DNA from: Vicinamibacterales bacterium
GTDB lineage: Bacteria; Acidobacteriota; Vicinamibacteria; Vicinamibacterales; UBA2999
Direction: 5' to 3'
NCBI GenBank assembly: GCA_050246635.1
Contig: JBFWVR010000008.1
Span: 169,217 to 233,216, forward strand
DNA length: 64,000 nucleotides
The notes under the pieces were generated by a model that saw nothing but the letters and a program-made list of their open reading frames with translations, was not told the origin of the DNA and ran no database searches. The translations under genes and the position numbers were made by a program. Shown in pieces: positions 1 through 11,290 of this stretch (the stretch's first letter is position 1; the number at the start of each line of letters is the position of its first letter).

Positions 1-395
1 AAGGCGCGGGCGAGCAGGCCGGTGCCCTCCAGTGTCTGTTCCTCGCCGTGCCGGTTCAAGCCGCGCACGACCGCGTGCTTCGGGCGGGCGACCGTCGCGG
101 TGAACCCGGGGAGGCTGAGGCAGCCTTCCTCCTCGAGCTGCATGCCCTCGCGCTCGACGAACTCGGGGTTGACCATGGTGATGAGGCCGGACGGATCGCG
201 CCCCACCGAGAGGTCGATCACGAAGATGCGCAGCGGCACGCCCACCTGGGTCGCGGCCAGCCCGATCCCGGGCGCGGCATACATCGTCTCCACCATGTCG
301 TCGATGAGCGTCTCGATCTCCGGCGTGATCGCCTCGACCGGGCGCGCCGGCGCGTGCAGGATGGAATCTCCGTGGCGGAGGATGGGACGGACCAT
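1..395 (-). CDS. def: peptide deformylase (C-terminal end cut by window edge)
   Basis: I translated the minus strand from the ATG at 395..393: MVRPILRHGDSILHAPARPVEAITPEIETLIDDMVETMYAAPGIGLAATQVGVPLRIFVIDLS...EEEGCLSLPG. It carries the GIGLAAxQ and EGCLS motifs of PDF. It is absent from the ORF track because it runs off the window. Confidence 0.9.
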   Translation of the reverse strand, partial: MVRPILRHGDSILHAPARPVEAITPEIETLIDDMVETMYAAPGIGLAATQVGVPLRIFVIDLSVGRDPSGLITMVNPEFVEREGMQLEEEGCLSLPGFTATVARPKHAVVRGLNRHGEEQTLEGTGLLARA

Positions 396-400
396 GCGTG

Positions 401-1597
401 CTAGCGGGTGCCGGCGGGGCGGGTGAGGCGGCGGCGAATCGCGCCGCTGGTTTCAGCGAGGTGGGCCTGGACCTGCCGCATCGAGTCGCCACCGAAGCGC
501 TCGAGCATGGCGTCGGCGAGCACGATGGCGACCATGGCCTCGCCGACCACGGCGGCGGCCGGTACCGCGCAGACGTCGCTGCGCTCGATGGCCGCCGGCG
601 CGTCCTCGAGCGTGCGGAGGTCGACCGAGCGCAGCGGCTTCATCAGCGTCGCAATCGGCTTCATGTAGGCGGTCACCCGCACGGGCTGGCCGTTGGTCAC
701 GCCTCCTTCGAGCCCGCCGGCGCGATTGGTGGGCCGCACGGGCGCGTCGTCCCCGGGCAGGATCTCGTCGTGGACCTCCGAACCCGGTCGCCGGGCGCCA
801 TCGATGCCGATCCCGATGCCGACCGCCTTGATCGCGTGGATGGACATGAGCGCCTGCGCCAGGCGCCCATCGAGCTTGCGATCCCACTGCACGTGCGATC
901 CCAGCCCCGTGGGCACGCCGTCGGCCACGATCTCGAACGAGCCCCCGAGCGTGTTGCCGGCGTCGCGGGCGGCATCGATGGCCGCGATCATCGCCGCCTC
1001 CGTGGACGTGTCGGCGACGTGGAGCGGACTGTCGTCCGGGATCGCGAGCAGCGTCTCGATGTCGACGTCCGTCCCGCCGGCGAGCACCTCGCCGATGCCG
1101 GTGACGTGACTGGCGATGCGCACGCCGAGGGCCGCGAGCAACTGGCGGGCGACGGCGCCGGCCGCGACCCTCGCCGCCGTCTCGCGGGCGCTGGCGCGCT
1201 CGAGCACGTCGCGGATGTCGTCGTGGTCGTACTTGAGGGCGCCGGCGAGGTCGGCGTGCCCGGGACGGGGGCGCGTCACCGCGGCACGGTTCGCACCGGT
1301 CGCGCCCTCGGGCATCTCCGGCTCGGGGTGCATCGTCTGCTGCCAGTTCACCCAGTCGCGGTTGGGAATCAACATGGCAATCGGGGCGCCGGTCGTCCGG
1401 CCCCGGCGCACGCCGCCGATCAACTCCGCGCGATCCGACTCGATGGCCATGCGACGTCCACGGCCATAGCCGCCCTGGCGTCGCCGGAGATCACGCGTGA
1501 TCGCGTTGTCGTCGATTGCGAGGCCGGCGGGCACACCGTCCAGGATGGTCACGAGACCGCGCCCGTGCGACTCGCCAGCCGTCAAAAACCGCAGCAT
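401..1597 (-). CDS. aroC: chorismate synthase
   Basis: The 399-aa ORF begins MLRFLTAGESHGRGLVTILDGVPAGL, a typical AroC N-terminus, and is full length. The track start at 1600 is TTG, with an ATG at 1597. A TACAAT box lies at 1612..1607. Confidence 0.93.
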   Translation of the reverse strand: MLRFLTAGESHGRGLVTILDGVPAGLAIDDNAITRDLRRRQGGYGRGRRMAIESDRAELIGGVRRGRTTGAPIAMLIPNRDWVNWQQTMHPEPEMPEGATGANRAAVTRPRPGHADLAGALKYDHDDIRDVLERASARETAARVAAGAVARQLLAALGVRIASHVTGIGEVLAGGTDVDIETLLAIPDDSPLHVADTSTEAAMIAAIDAARDAGNTLGGSFEIVADGVPTGLGSHVQWDRKLDGRLAQALMSIHAIKAVGIGIGIDGARRPGSEVHDEILPGDDAPVRPTNRAGGLEGGVTNGQPVRVTAYMKPIATLMKPLRSVDLRTLEDAPAAIERSDVCAVPAAAVVGEAMVAIVLADAMLERFGGDSMRQVQAHLAETSGAIRRRLTRPAGTR

Positions 1598-1707
1598 CAA
1601 CCCGGCATTGTACCCGAAGTTTCTGCGGGGGCCCTGGCGCGGCCATGCCGAAACCGGCCAGTTTCAGGAGGGATTTCGACCGGCGGCCGCCTTGCACCGG
1701 GACGGGC

Positions 1708-3963
<2,256 letters not shown>

Positions 3964-3986
3964 AGCCGCTCCGGTAGAATGGCGCC

Positions 3987-4907
3987 GTGCTCGGCTACGC
4001 GACGCGCCGCCTGCTGCTGATGATCCCGGTGCTCTTCGGCGTTGCGACGCTCGTCTTCTCGTTGATCCACCTGGTGCCGGGGGACCCCGCGCAGGCGATG
4101 CTGGGGGAGGGGGCGGCGCCGGCCGACGTCGCGGAGCTGCGTGAGCGGCTCGGGCTGGATCGGCCGTTGCCCGAGCAGTACGGCGCGTTCCTGCAGGGAC
4201 TCGTGCGCGGGGATCTCGGCGCGTCGTTCCGCACCGGGCAGCCCGTCACGGCGATGATTGCCGAACGGGTGCCGGCGACGGTGGAGCTCGCCCTCGGCGC
4301 CATGGCGGTGGCCATCCTGACGGCACTCCCGCTCGGCGTGATTGCGGCCGTGCGGCGCGGTACCGCCGCCGACCACGGGGCGATGACGCTGGCCCTCGCC
4401 GGCATCTCGTTCCCCAATTTCTGGCTCGGGCCCGTGCTGGCGATTGTGTTCGCGGTGGAACTCGGCTGGTTTCCCGTGTCGGGCCGCGGAGGCGTCGCGA
4501 GCCTCGTCCTGCCGGCCGTCTCGCTCGGCGCCGCGCTGGCGGCCATCCTCGCGCGCATGACCCGCGCGAGCCTGCTCGACGAGCTCGATCAGCTGTACGT
4601 GCGGGCCGCCCGGGCCCGCGGCGTCACGCGCCTGCGGGCCGTCGTGGGCCATGCGCTGCGCAACAGCCTGATACCGCTGGTCACCATCGTCGGGCTCCAG
4701 TTCGGCGCGGTGCTCACCGGCGCCGTCATCACGGAAACGATCTTCGCGTGGCCTGGTGTGGGACGGCTCCTGATCCAGTCGATCAGTTTCCGTGACTACC
4801 CACTCGTGCAGGGCTGCATCCTGCTCATTGCCGTCACCTACGTCGGCGTCAACCTGCTCACCGATCTCCTCTACGGTGTCCTCGATCCGCGGATTCGTTA
4901 TGAGTGA
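3987..4907 (+). CDS. ABC transporter permease, DppB/OppB family
   Basis: N-terminus [35 protein letters not shown] is typical of the family, and the protein is multi-TM. GTG start lies 6 nt after TAGAAT (3975..3980). Confidence 0.88.
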   Translation: MLGYATRRLLLMIPVLFGVATLVFSLIHLVPGDPAQAMLGEGAAPADVAELRERLGLDRPLPEQYGAFLQGLVRGDLGASFRTGQPVTAMIAERVPATVELALGAMAVAILTALPLGVIAAVRRGTAADHGAMTLALAGISFPNFWLGPVLAIVFAVELGWFPVSGRGGVASLVLPAVSLGAALAAILARMTRASLLDELDQLYVRAARARGVTRLRAVVGHALRNSLIPLVTIVGLQFGAVLTGAVITETIFAWPGVGRLLIQSISFRDYPLVQGCILLIAVTYVGVNLLTDLLYGVLDPRIRYE

Positions 4908-4958
4908 CGTCACGCGTCCCGTGCGCGCGGCAGGGCCCGGTCACGGCCAGGTGCGCGC

Positions 4959-5756
4959 ATGATGCGCGCGGGCGCGGTCATCGTGGCCGTGGTCGCGGTG
5001 GCGGCGCTGCTGGCGCCGTGGCTCGCCCCGTACTCGCCGGCCGCGCAGACCCTGGCCTTGCGTCTCGAGGGACCCACGCTGGTGCACGTGTTCGGGCTCG
5101 ACGAACTCGGGCGCGACATCCTGTCCCGGGTCCTCTACGGCGCGCGCATCTCGCTGCTGGTGGGCATCGTGGTCGTCAGCGTCTCGGCCCTCGTGGGCAC
5201 GACCATGGGATCGCTGGCGGGGTACTACGGTGGACGAGTGGACCAGCTGATCAGCCGGGTGATGGACGTCCTGCTGGCATTCCCGGGCATCCTGCTCGCG
5301 ATTGCGCTGGTCGCCGTCCTCGGGCCGAGCCTGCGCAACACGGTGCTGGCGCTGACCGTGATCGGGTGGGTCGGCTACGCCCGCCTCGTGCGTGGGCAGG
5401 TGCTGCGAGCCCGCGAGTTCGAGTACGTCGTCGCGGCGCGGGCGCTCGGGGCGGGCACGTGGCGCATCCTCGTGCGGCATGTGCTCCCGACGGCCCTGCC
5501 GGCCGTCACGGTGCAGGCGACCCTGGGCATGGCGGGTGCGATCCTGAGCGAGGCCTCCCTCAGCTTCCTCGGCCTCGGCGTGCAGCCCCCGACCCCGAGC
5601 TGGGGCACCATGATCAACGGCGGCCGTGCGCATCTCCTCGATGCGCCGCACCTCACGATCTTTCCGGGCCTCTGCCTGGCGCTCGTCGTCCTGGGGTTCA
5701 ACTTCCTGGGGGACGGCCTGCGCGATCGGCTGGATCCGAATCTGCGGAAGGACTGA
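4959..5756 (+). CDS. ABC transporter permease, DppC/OppC family
   Basis: LDELGRDILSRVLYGARISLLVG and the LAFPGILLAIALVAVLG EAA-loop region identify the family. Confidence 0.88.
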   Translation: MMRAGAVIVAVVAVAALLAPWLAPYSPAAQTLALRLEGPTLVHVFGLDELGRDILSRVLYGARISLLVGIVVVSVSALVGTTMGSLAGYYGGRVDQLISRVMDVLLAFPGILLAIALVAVLGPSLRNTVLALTVIGWVGYARLVRGQVLRAREFEYVVAARALGAGTWRILVRHVLPTALPAVTVQATLGMAGAILSEASLSFLGLGVQPPTPSWGTMINGGRAHLLDAPHLTIFPGLCLALVVLGFNFLGDGLRDRLDPNLRKD

Positions 5757-5773
5757 AACAGGGATCCTGGGAG

Positions 5774-5790
5774 ATGGGGACGGTCCCCAT
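5774..5790. terminator. palindrome between convergent genes (possible bidirectional terminator)
   Basis: ATGGGGAC-G-GTCCCCAT is a perfect 8+8 palindrome in the 45-bp gap between the permease and the TPR gene. There is no clear U-tract. Confidence 0.35.
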
Positions 5791-5801
5791 TCCGCCTTCC
5801 C

Positions 5802-7190
5802 TCATTCGCCCCGCGGCAAGCGGGCCTCGAGCGCCCGCAGGCCACGGTTGCCCGGTTCCGCCGCGAGCCCCTCGCTCACCGCGGCGCGTGCCCGTGTGAG
5901 GTCCCCGGCCTGGAGCGCCGCGTCACCCAGCCGGACGAGCAGCGCCGACGTCGGTCCTGCCTCGTCGATCGCCCGATCGAGCCAGCGGACGGCCGCGGCA
6001 GGGTCGCCGAGGCGCAGCGAGAAGTCGGCAATCCGCGTGGACACGCCCGCGAGGGGCTGGGTGTCGCCGACGAGCGCGGCGTACCGGAGCAGGGCGTCGC
6101 GGGCGTCCTGGATGCGGCCGGCGGCCGCCGCGATGTTCGCGAGCTCGAGGTAGGCGTCGGCCGGCACCGGCAGGCGCTGGACGGCTTGCCGCAGGGCGCG
6201 TTCGGCCGCGTTGGCGTCGCCGGCCTGCAGCCAGGCGCGCGCCAGGTCCGTGAGGGCGGCGCCGCTGGCATCGGAGCGGGTGGCGGCGGCGGTCAGGGCC
6301 TCGATGGCCTTGTTGAGCGCCACCCGGTCGTTGCGCGCCCGGGCCGTGCCGAGCCAGACACGGCCCAGCGCCGCGAACACGACCGGCGAGTCCGGGAAGC
6401 GTTCCGCGGCCCGGCCGAGTGTCAGGACGGCGGCGTCGGGACGGCCGGATGCCGCGTACGCCTGTCCCACCGCGACCAGGCGTTCCGGGCGACCCGGATC
6501 GAGCGCGGCCAGCGCCTCGAGCTGGTCGATCGCCGGCGCGGACGCGCCCAGCCGCAAGTAGACGTCGGCGAGAGCCTCCCGAGGGGCCGTCAGGGAAGGA
6601 GACAGGCGGGTGGCGGCCTCGAGGGCGTCACGCGCCTGCTCCAGCTCGCCGTCGTCGCGCAGGCAGAGCCCGAGCAGGTAGTGCGCCTCGGCAAACTCCT
6701 GATCCAGCGCGACCGCCCGCTCGAGTGCCTGCACGGCGCCGGACGTCTGTCCCGCCCGATAGCGCGCGAGCGCGAGCTTGTAGAGGACCCCGGGCGACCG
6801 GTCGTCCAGTGCCACATAGCTCTCGTACTCACGGGCGGCCCGTTCGTGGCGGCCCAGCGCGGCGTTGACGTCGCCGAGCCGTTCACGCGGCTGGGGAGCG
6901 GAGGGATCCAGCTCGGCGGCAGTTCGCAGGTCGACCAGGGCCGCTTCGAGCTCGCCGCGTTCCTGGTAAATCGCGCCGCGACGCAGGTGGGCGAGCATCG
7001 AGTCGGGCCGGAGCGTGACGGCCCCGCTGTAGGCTTCCAGGGCCTGGAACGGCTGGTCGGCGGCAAGCGCGGCGTCCCCCCGGGCCAGGAGGCGCTCGTA
7101 CTCGCGCTCCGCGGCGTAGGTCGCGTACGCCAGGGCGCCGACAACGGCAGCGACGGCGAGGAGAGCCGCGGCCAGCAGGGTCCGGCGCAT
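5802..7190 (-). CDS. TPR-repeat protein with an N-terminal membrane anchor or signal
   Basis: Repeated A/L/Y-rich 34-aa units (AHYLLGLCLRDDGELEQARDALEAA and others). Start trimmed to MRRTLLAAALLAVAAVVGALAY (ATG 7190), which lies 7 nt after TAGGAT (7203..7198). Confidence 0.8.
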   Translation of the reverse strand: MRRTLLAAALLAVAAVVGALAYATYAAEREYERLLARGDAALAADQPFQALEAYSGAVTLRPDSMLAHLRRGAIYQERGELEAALVDLRTAAELDPSAPQPRERLGDVNAALGRHERAAREYESYVALDDRSPGVLYKLALARYRAGQTSGAVQALERAVALDQEFAEAHYLLGLCLRDDGELEQARDALEAATRLSPSLTAPREALADVYLRLGASAPAIDQLEALAALDPGRPERLVAVGQAYAASGRPDAAVLTLGRAAERFPDSPVVFAALGRVWLGTARARNDRVALNKAIEALTAAATRSDASGAALTDLARAWLQAGDANAAERALRQAVQRLPVPADAYLELANIAAAAGRIQDARDALLRYAALVGDTQPLAGVSTRIADFSLRLGDPAAAVRWLDRAIDEAGPTSALLVRLGDAALQAGDLTRARAAVSEGLAAEPGNRGLRALEARLPRGE

Positions 7191-7233
7191 CGACCCAATC
7201 CTAGCAAATCGGCCGTCCGCAGGGCCCCTGTGC

Positions 7234-7261
7234 GGAACTTTCGCCGCCCGACGGGTTCTAA
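7234..7261 (+). promoter_or_regulatory. candidate ECF-type (RpoE-like) promoter
   Basis: GGAACTT (7234..7240), a 16-nt spacer, then TCTAA (7257..7261), about 110 nt upstream of the ECF sigma gene. This matches the GGAACTT-N16-TCnnA pattern of RpoE-like autoregulated promoters. Confidence 0.45.
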
Positions 7262-7371
7262 TCCAGCAACGGGAGCGTGGTGTGCGCCACGCGGAGGGCT
7301 GCGGTGGGGCGGCGCCAGGCGTCGCAGGCATCGGCCGCCGATGGCAGGCCGGGACGGGAGTTGATAGACTG

Positions 7372-8007
7372 ATGGAGTCCCGACTCATAGCCGAGCCACT
7401 GGTGAAGAACGCAGGAGCCCTCGGGTGGTCTGAAGTCAGCGGTCCCGATGCCGCGCTGGTGCAGCGCTGCGTCGCGGGCGAGCAGTCGGCGTGCGCCGAG
7501 CTGGTCTCCAGTCACGAGCGCATGGTCTTCCAACTGGCGTTCCACCTGCTCGGCGATCGCGACGAGGCCCTCGACCTGTCGCAGGAAGTCTTCCTGCGCG
7601 TCTTCCGCACCCTCCACAACTTCCGCGGGCACGCGGCCCTGCGCACCTGGATCTACCGCATCGTGATCAACCAGGCCCGGAACCGGCAGCGGTTCTGGCG
7701 CCGGCGGCGGCGCGGCGACCAGGTCTCGCTGGATCAGCACCTGCTGGAGCACGGCGACCTGCGGCAGCGTCATGACGGCGATGCCCCCGATCGGGTGCTG
7801 GCCCGCAAGCAGATGGCCGACCGGTTGTGGAAGGCCCTCAACGACCTGCCGTTCGACCAGCGGACCGTCATCGTACTCCGTGAGGTCGATGGCCTGAGCT
7901 ATGACGAGATTGCCGACTCGCTCGACGTCGCGGTGGGCACCGTCAAGTCGCGCCTGACGCGGGCGCGCCAGGCCCTGCGCCAGGAGCTTCGGGAGGCGCG
8001 GCCATGA
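7372..8007 (+). CDS. RNA polymerase ECF sigma factor (sigma-70 family)
   Basis: Region 2 (ELVSSHERMVFQLAFHLLGDRDEALDLSQEVFLRVF...RTWIYRIVINQARN) and region 4 (VIVLREVDGLSYDEIADSLDVAVGTVKSRLTRAR) are present. Start set at ATG 7372 (MESRLI). Confidence 0.88.
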   Translation: MESRLIAEPLVKNAGALGWSEVSGPDAALVQRCVAGEQSACAELVSSHERMVFQLAFHLLGDRDEALDLSQEVFLRVFRTLHNFRGHAALRTWIYRIVINQARNRQRFWRRRRRGDQVSLDQHLLEHGDLRQRHDGDAPDRVLARKQMADRLWKALNDLPFDQRTVIVLREVDGLSYDEIADSLDVAVGTVKSRLTRARQALRQELREARP

Positions 8008-8900
8008 TGCACGTGCTTCCGTGCGACGCCGTGCGTGAGGAGCTCCAGGCCTTCCACGACGGCGAGCTGTCGATCGAACAGCAGGTGCGTGTCGAGGAGC
8101 ACCTGCGCGAGTGCGTGGCCTGCCGGCTCGAGAGCGTCGAACTCGGCGAACTCAGTGACGCGCTGCGGGTGATGTCCGCGCAGGTGGCCGACCGCGCTGG
8201 TGACCCTGCCGCGCTGGGGCTGCCGCGGCGGGTGCTCGAGCGCCTCCGGGTCGAGGAGCAGTTCTCGCTGCGCAGCCAGGTGCGTGGGCTCTTCGAGGAC
8301 ATGCACTTCGTCTGGGCCGCCATCGGCGCGACGCTGGCCGCCGTCATCTGTCTCGCCGGATCGGTCGGGGTGCTGCACGCGGCCAGCCGCGAACGGCCGG
8401 ACTCGCTCGCGGGGATCATCAACCAGCTCCAGCTCGCCAACCCCGGATCCAACGCCAACCCCATGCGCCTCGATCGGCGCATGCGCGCGCCGCGGCCCTA
8501 CGTGGACGACTCGTTCGCGATGACGGACGAGGACGCGGTGTTCGCGCTGTCGGCGGTGGTGACCCGCGAGGGCCGGATCCAGAACATCGAGTTGCTGGTC
8601 GCGGAGCAGGCGCGCGAGCTGAAGGTGAAGCCGGAGGTCGTGCTCGCGATGCTCGACGCGGCGTCCCGCGCCCGCTTCGCCCCGGCGCGCCGTATCGGCG
8701 CCGACGTGCCCGTGGCCGTCAGCATGGTGTGGCTGCTCGCCAACACGACGGTCAAGGGCCAGCCGGACCTGGATCAGCTCGTCTCGCCGACGCCCTGGCC
8801 TGCCCGGGTGCAGGTCCCCGTGCCCCCGCCGCCGGTGCACGACCCGGTGGAGGCGCCGGCGCCGGTCAAGCCCACGGCCGAATCGAACTCGGCCAGCTGA
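8004..8900 (+). CDS. anti-sigma factor (zf-HC2) with a possible TonB-C-like C-terminal domain
   Basis: There is a 4-nt ATGA overlap with the sigma gene. The N-terminal motif is HLRECVACRLE and a central TM segment is present. The C-terminus (REGRIQNIELL...MLDAASRARFAPARRIGADVPVAV) resembles TonB C-terminal domains. Confidence 0.7.
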   Translation: MMHVLPCDAVREELQAFHDGELSIEQQVRVEEHLRECVACRLESVELGELSDALRVMSAQVADRAGDPAALGLPRRVLERLRVEEQFSLRSQVRGLFEDMHFVWAAIGATLAAVICLAGSVGVLHAASRERPDSLAGIINQLQLANPGSNANPMRLDRRMRAPRPYVDDSFAMTDEDAVFALSAVVTREGRIQNIELLVAEQARELKVKPEVVLAMLDAASRARFAPARRIGADVPVAVSMVWLLANTTVKGQPDLDQLVSPTPWPARVQVPVPPPPVHDPVEAPAPVKPTAESNSAS

Positions 8901-9057
8901 CGGCGGTTCGGGCCCACGTCCCGGGCCGGCGCATCACCGCGTCACGCCTCTCGATGTCGGTGGATACGCTCCACCTGCCACGGCGGCCGGGCACCTCCCG
9001 CGGCCGCATCCCCAGCCACGTTGATGACGATGTTCGGGCGCGGCCAGCCGGCCGCGA

Positions 9058-11274
9058 TCAGCGGAGCGCGGTCTGCCCGCTGCCGAGGTTGTTCATCGCG
9101 TCGGAGGCACGCACGACCAGCGTGCGGCCGGCGAGGTCGGCCGGCAGGCGCAACTCGAAGCGTTCGACGCGCCCATCGAGGATGCCGTCCTGCGGGAAGA
9201 TGCTCTGCCAGCGCTGGCCGTCCACCGAGTACTCGACGCGCGCCGCGGGGGAGTCGGCGTCGCGCACCTCGATGGCAATCACGAACCGGTCGCCGTCGCG
9301 GCGCGGAGCGGTCACGGACACGGTCGGCGGCGTGTTGTCGATGTCGAAGCTCGTGCTCTCGAGCTCGCCGGCAAGTGCCAGGTCGGGCGGGTTCGACTGC
9401 GCGTCGGAGGCGACAATCTTCACGACGTACGTGCCGTTGGGCACGGAGGTGGTGTCCCACACGAGAATCGGCTCGGTGAGGTTGCGGTCGAGCGTCTTCC
9501 AGCTCGTGTCGGCCTCACGCCGGTAGAGCACGTCGTACCGGATGTCGTCGCCGTTCTCGTCGTCCGCCTTCCAGACGAAGGTCTGGAGGCCCTTCTGGTA
9601 GACGCGTCGGCCCAGCGCCGGCGCGCCGGGCGCGCCCTGCCCCTGGTTGGCCAGCCGCGCGTCCAGCGTCTGCTCCGAGAACCCCGCGATCTCCGCCTCG
9701 CCGGTCGAGAACGGCTTCTGGAAGACGACGCCTGGCGGGTGCACGGTGATGGAGGAGACCTGTGGCCGGACGTTCCGCTGCAGGTACGCGGCGGTGACGG
9801 ACGTGAGCACCGGGGTCTGGTCGCCGCCGGTGAGCACGGCCCGCCACTGCAGGTAGCGCGCCTTGGGGCTGCTGATCTGCGATCCGTCCGCGCTCGCGTA
9901 CGGCCCCGCCCAGTCGCTCCACGTCTCATCCGGCGAACGCGTGTTGCCGGACCGCGTGAACAACTCGACGCGGGTGCCGGTGGGACTGGTCGCGCGCCAG
10001 CTGAGGGTGCCCCAGCTCGACACGATGCGGGCATCCTTCACGTCGGACTCGTACGTGCCGCGATCCGCGCGGCCGGGTGACAACGCCAGCAGGAGCCCGG
10101 GATTGGCCGTGGCGAGCCAGGTGCGTCCGCCCGCCTGATAGAGGCGGGTCGTCTGCCGGGCCGGCACGCGCGTGACCAGGGTCGGCCGCAGGGGGTCGCC
10201 GGACAGCCGAAGCAGGCGTCCGTTCGAGCCCGTGGCGACGAGCAGCGCGCCGTCCTCCTCGAGGGCGAGATCGTACGGCGCCTCGTCGCGCGAGGCCCAG
10301 ACCTCGTCCCACAGCCCATCGGGTGCGATGCGATAGACGGCCCCGGTGGGGCCGCGCGCGTCGCCGCCGCCCTGTGGCGCCGAGGCGGGCTGCGGCGTCA
10401 CCGGCGCGTCGATGATGGCGATGGAGGTGATCTCGGTCGACACGCTGGGCACGGGCGCCGGGCGTGCCGGTTCCGTCGTCGCCGTGTCGTCGCCGCCGCC
10501 CCCGCCGGAGGGACGGCCGCTCTGTGCGGCGACGTAGATCACGCCCTCGGGCGTGACGCGCAGCGCATGCGCCTCCTCGTACTGCGTGTCGAGCAGCAGG
10601 AAGCCCTTGCCACCGGCATCCACGCGGAACACGCGTCCAGGCGAGCCCGTGCCGACGAGGAGCTGGCCCGTGGGGTCGAACGCCAGCGTCACGGCGTTGG
10701 TCGCCCGCGTCGAGAAGAACACCGCGCCGGTCCCGTCGGGCCGGATGCGGTAGACGTCGCCCTTGTCGCCGGTGGCGGCGAAGACGTTGCCCTGCGTGTC
10801 GACGGCGAGCGACCAGATGTATTTGGTCTGCGGATCGAAGAAGGGCTCGGCCTGCCCGTCGGCGCTGATCTTGTAGATGCGCCCGTCGGGGGAGGTCGCG
10901 GCATAGATGCCGCCTCCGGGCACGGCCGCCATGGCGTAGATGGCCATCTCCTGCGCGTCGTAGAAGACGGAGGCCTGACCCGCGCGGGTGACCTTGAGGA
11001 TCTGGCCGTCGTTGCCCGTGCCGAGGTAGACGGAGTCGTCCGGCCCCGGCAATGTGCTCCAGATGAAAGGCACGCCGGGATCGTGGATCCGCTCGAGGCG
11101 CGGGCCGAGCGTGAGCCGGCCGTGGATGTCGAGGGAGAGCTGGTCGATCTCACCGCGCAGGAAGTCGGCCTGCGTCGCGGCCTGCCAGAACCCGGGAGTG
11201 GCGCCGGACGGGAGGCCGGCCAGGAGGACGAGGGACAGGACGATCAGCCCGTCCCGTAGTCGTGTCGATGGCAT
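9058..11274 (-). CDS. secreted beta-propeller repeat protein with C-terminal Ig/FN3-like domains (function unknown)
   Basis: Signal-like N-terminus MPSTRLRDGLIVLSLVLLAGLPSG. Repeated units follow (G.G.IYK/YRI.DG: GQILKV, GRIYKISADG, GDVYRIRPDG, GRVFRVDAGG). The C-terminus contains TFVWKADDENGDDIRYDVLYR...GTYVVKIVASD. Confidence 0.7.
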   Translation of the reverse strand: MPSTRLRDGLIVLSLVLLAGLPSGATPGFWQAATQADFLRGEIDQLSLDIHGRLTLGPRLERIHDPGVPFIWSTLPGPDDSVYLGTGNDGQILKVTRAGQASVFYDAQEMAIYAMAAVPGGGIYAATSPDGRIYKISADGQAEPFFDPQTKYIWSLAVDTQGNVFAATGDKGDVYRIRPDGTGAVFFSTRATNAVTLAFDPTGQLLVGTGSPGRVFRVDAGGKGFLLLDTQYEEAHALRVTPEGVIYVAAQSGRPSGGGGGDDTATTEPARPAPVPSVSTEITSIAIIDAPVTPQPASAPQGGGDARGPTGAVYRIAPDGLWDEVWASRDEAPYDLALEEDGALLVATGSNGRLLRLSGDPLRPTLVTRVPARQTTRLYQAGGRTWLATANPGLLLALSPGRADRGTYESDVKDARIVSSWGTLSWRATSPTGTRVELFTRSGNTRSPDETWSDWAGPYASADGSQISSPKARYLQWRAVLTGGDQTPVLTSVTAAYLQRNVRPQVSSITVHPPGVVFQKPFSTGEAEIAGFSEQTLDARLANQGQGAPGAPALGRRVYQKGLQTFVWKADDENGDDIRYDVLYRREADTSWKTLDRNLTEPILVWDTTSVPNGTYVVKIVASDAQSNPPDLALAGELESTSFDIDNTPPTVSVTAPRRDGDRFVIAIEVRDADSPAARVEYSVDGQRWQSIFPQDGILDGRVERFELRLPADLAGRTLVVRASDAMNNLGSGQTALR

Positions 11275-11290
11275 AGGTGGGGTGGTGTGG

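Noticed and set aside
1624-1640. Possible sigma-54 -24/-12 promoter (TGGCGCGGCCATGC) upstream of the bEBP gene.
   Set aside because: The GG-to-GC spacing is one nucleotide short of the canonical TGGCAC-N5-TTGC geometry, and the -12 TTGC is missing.
7365-7374. TAGACT hexamer 1 nt before the ECF sigma ATG (7372) as another leaderless promoter.
   Set aside because: The spacing is too short for the transcript to include the start codon. The RpoE-like GGAACTT-N16-TCTAA element at 7234..7261 is a better candidate promoter.
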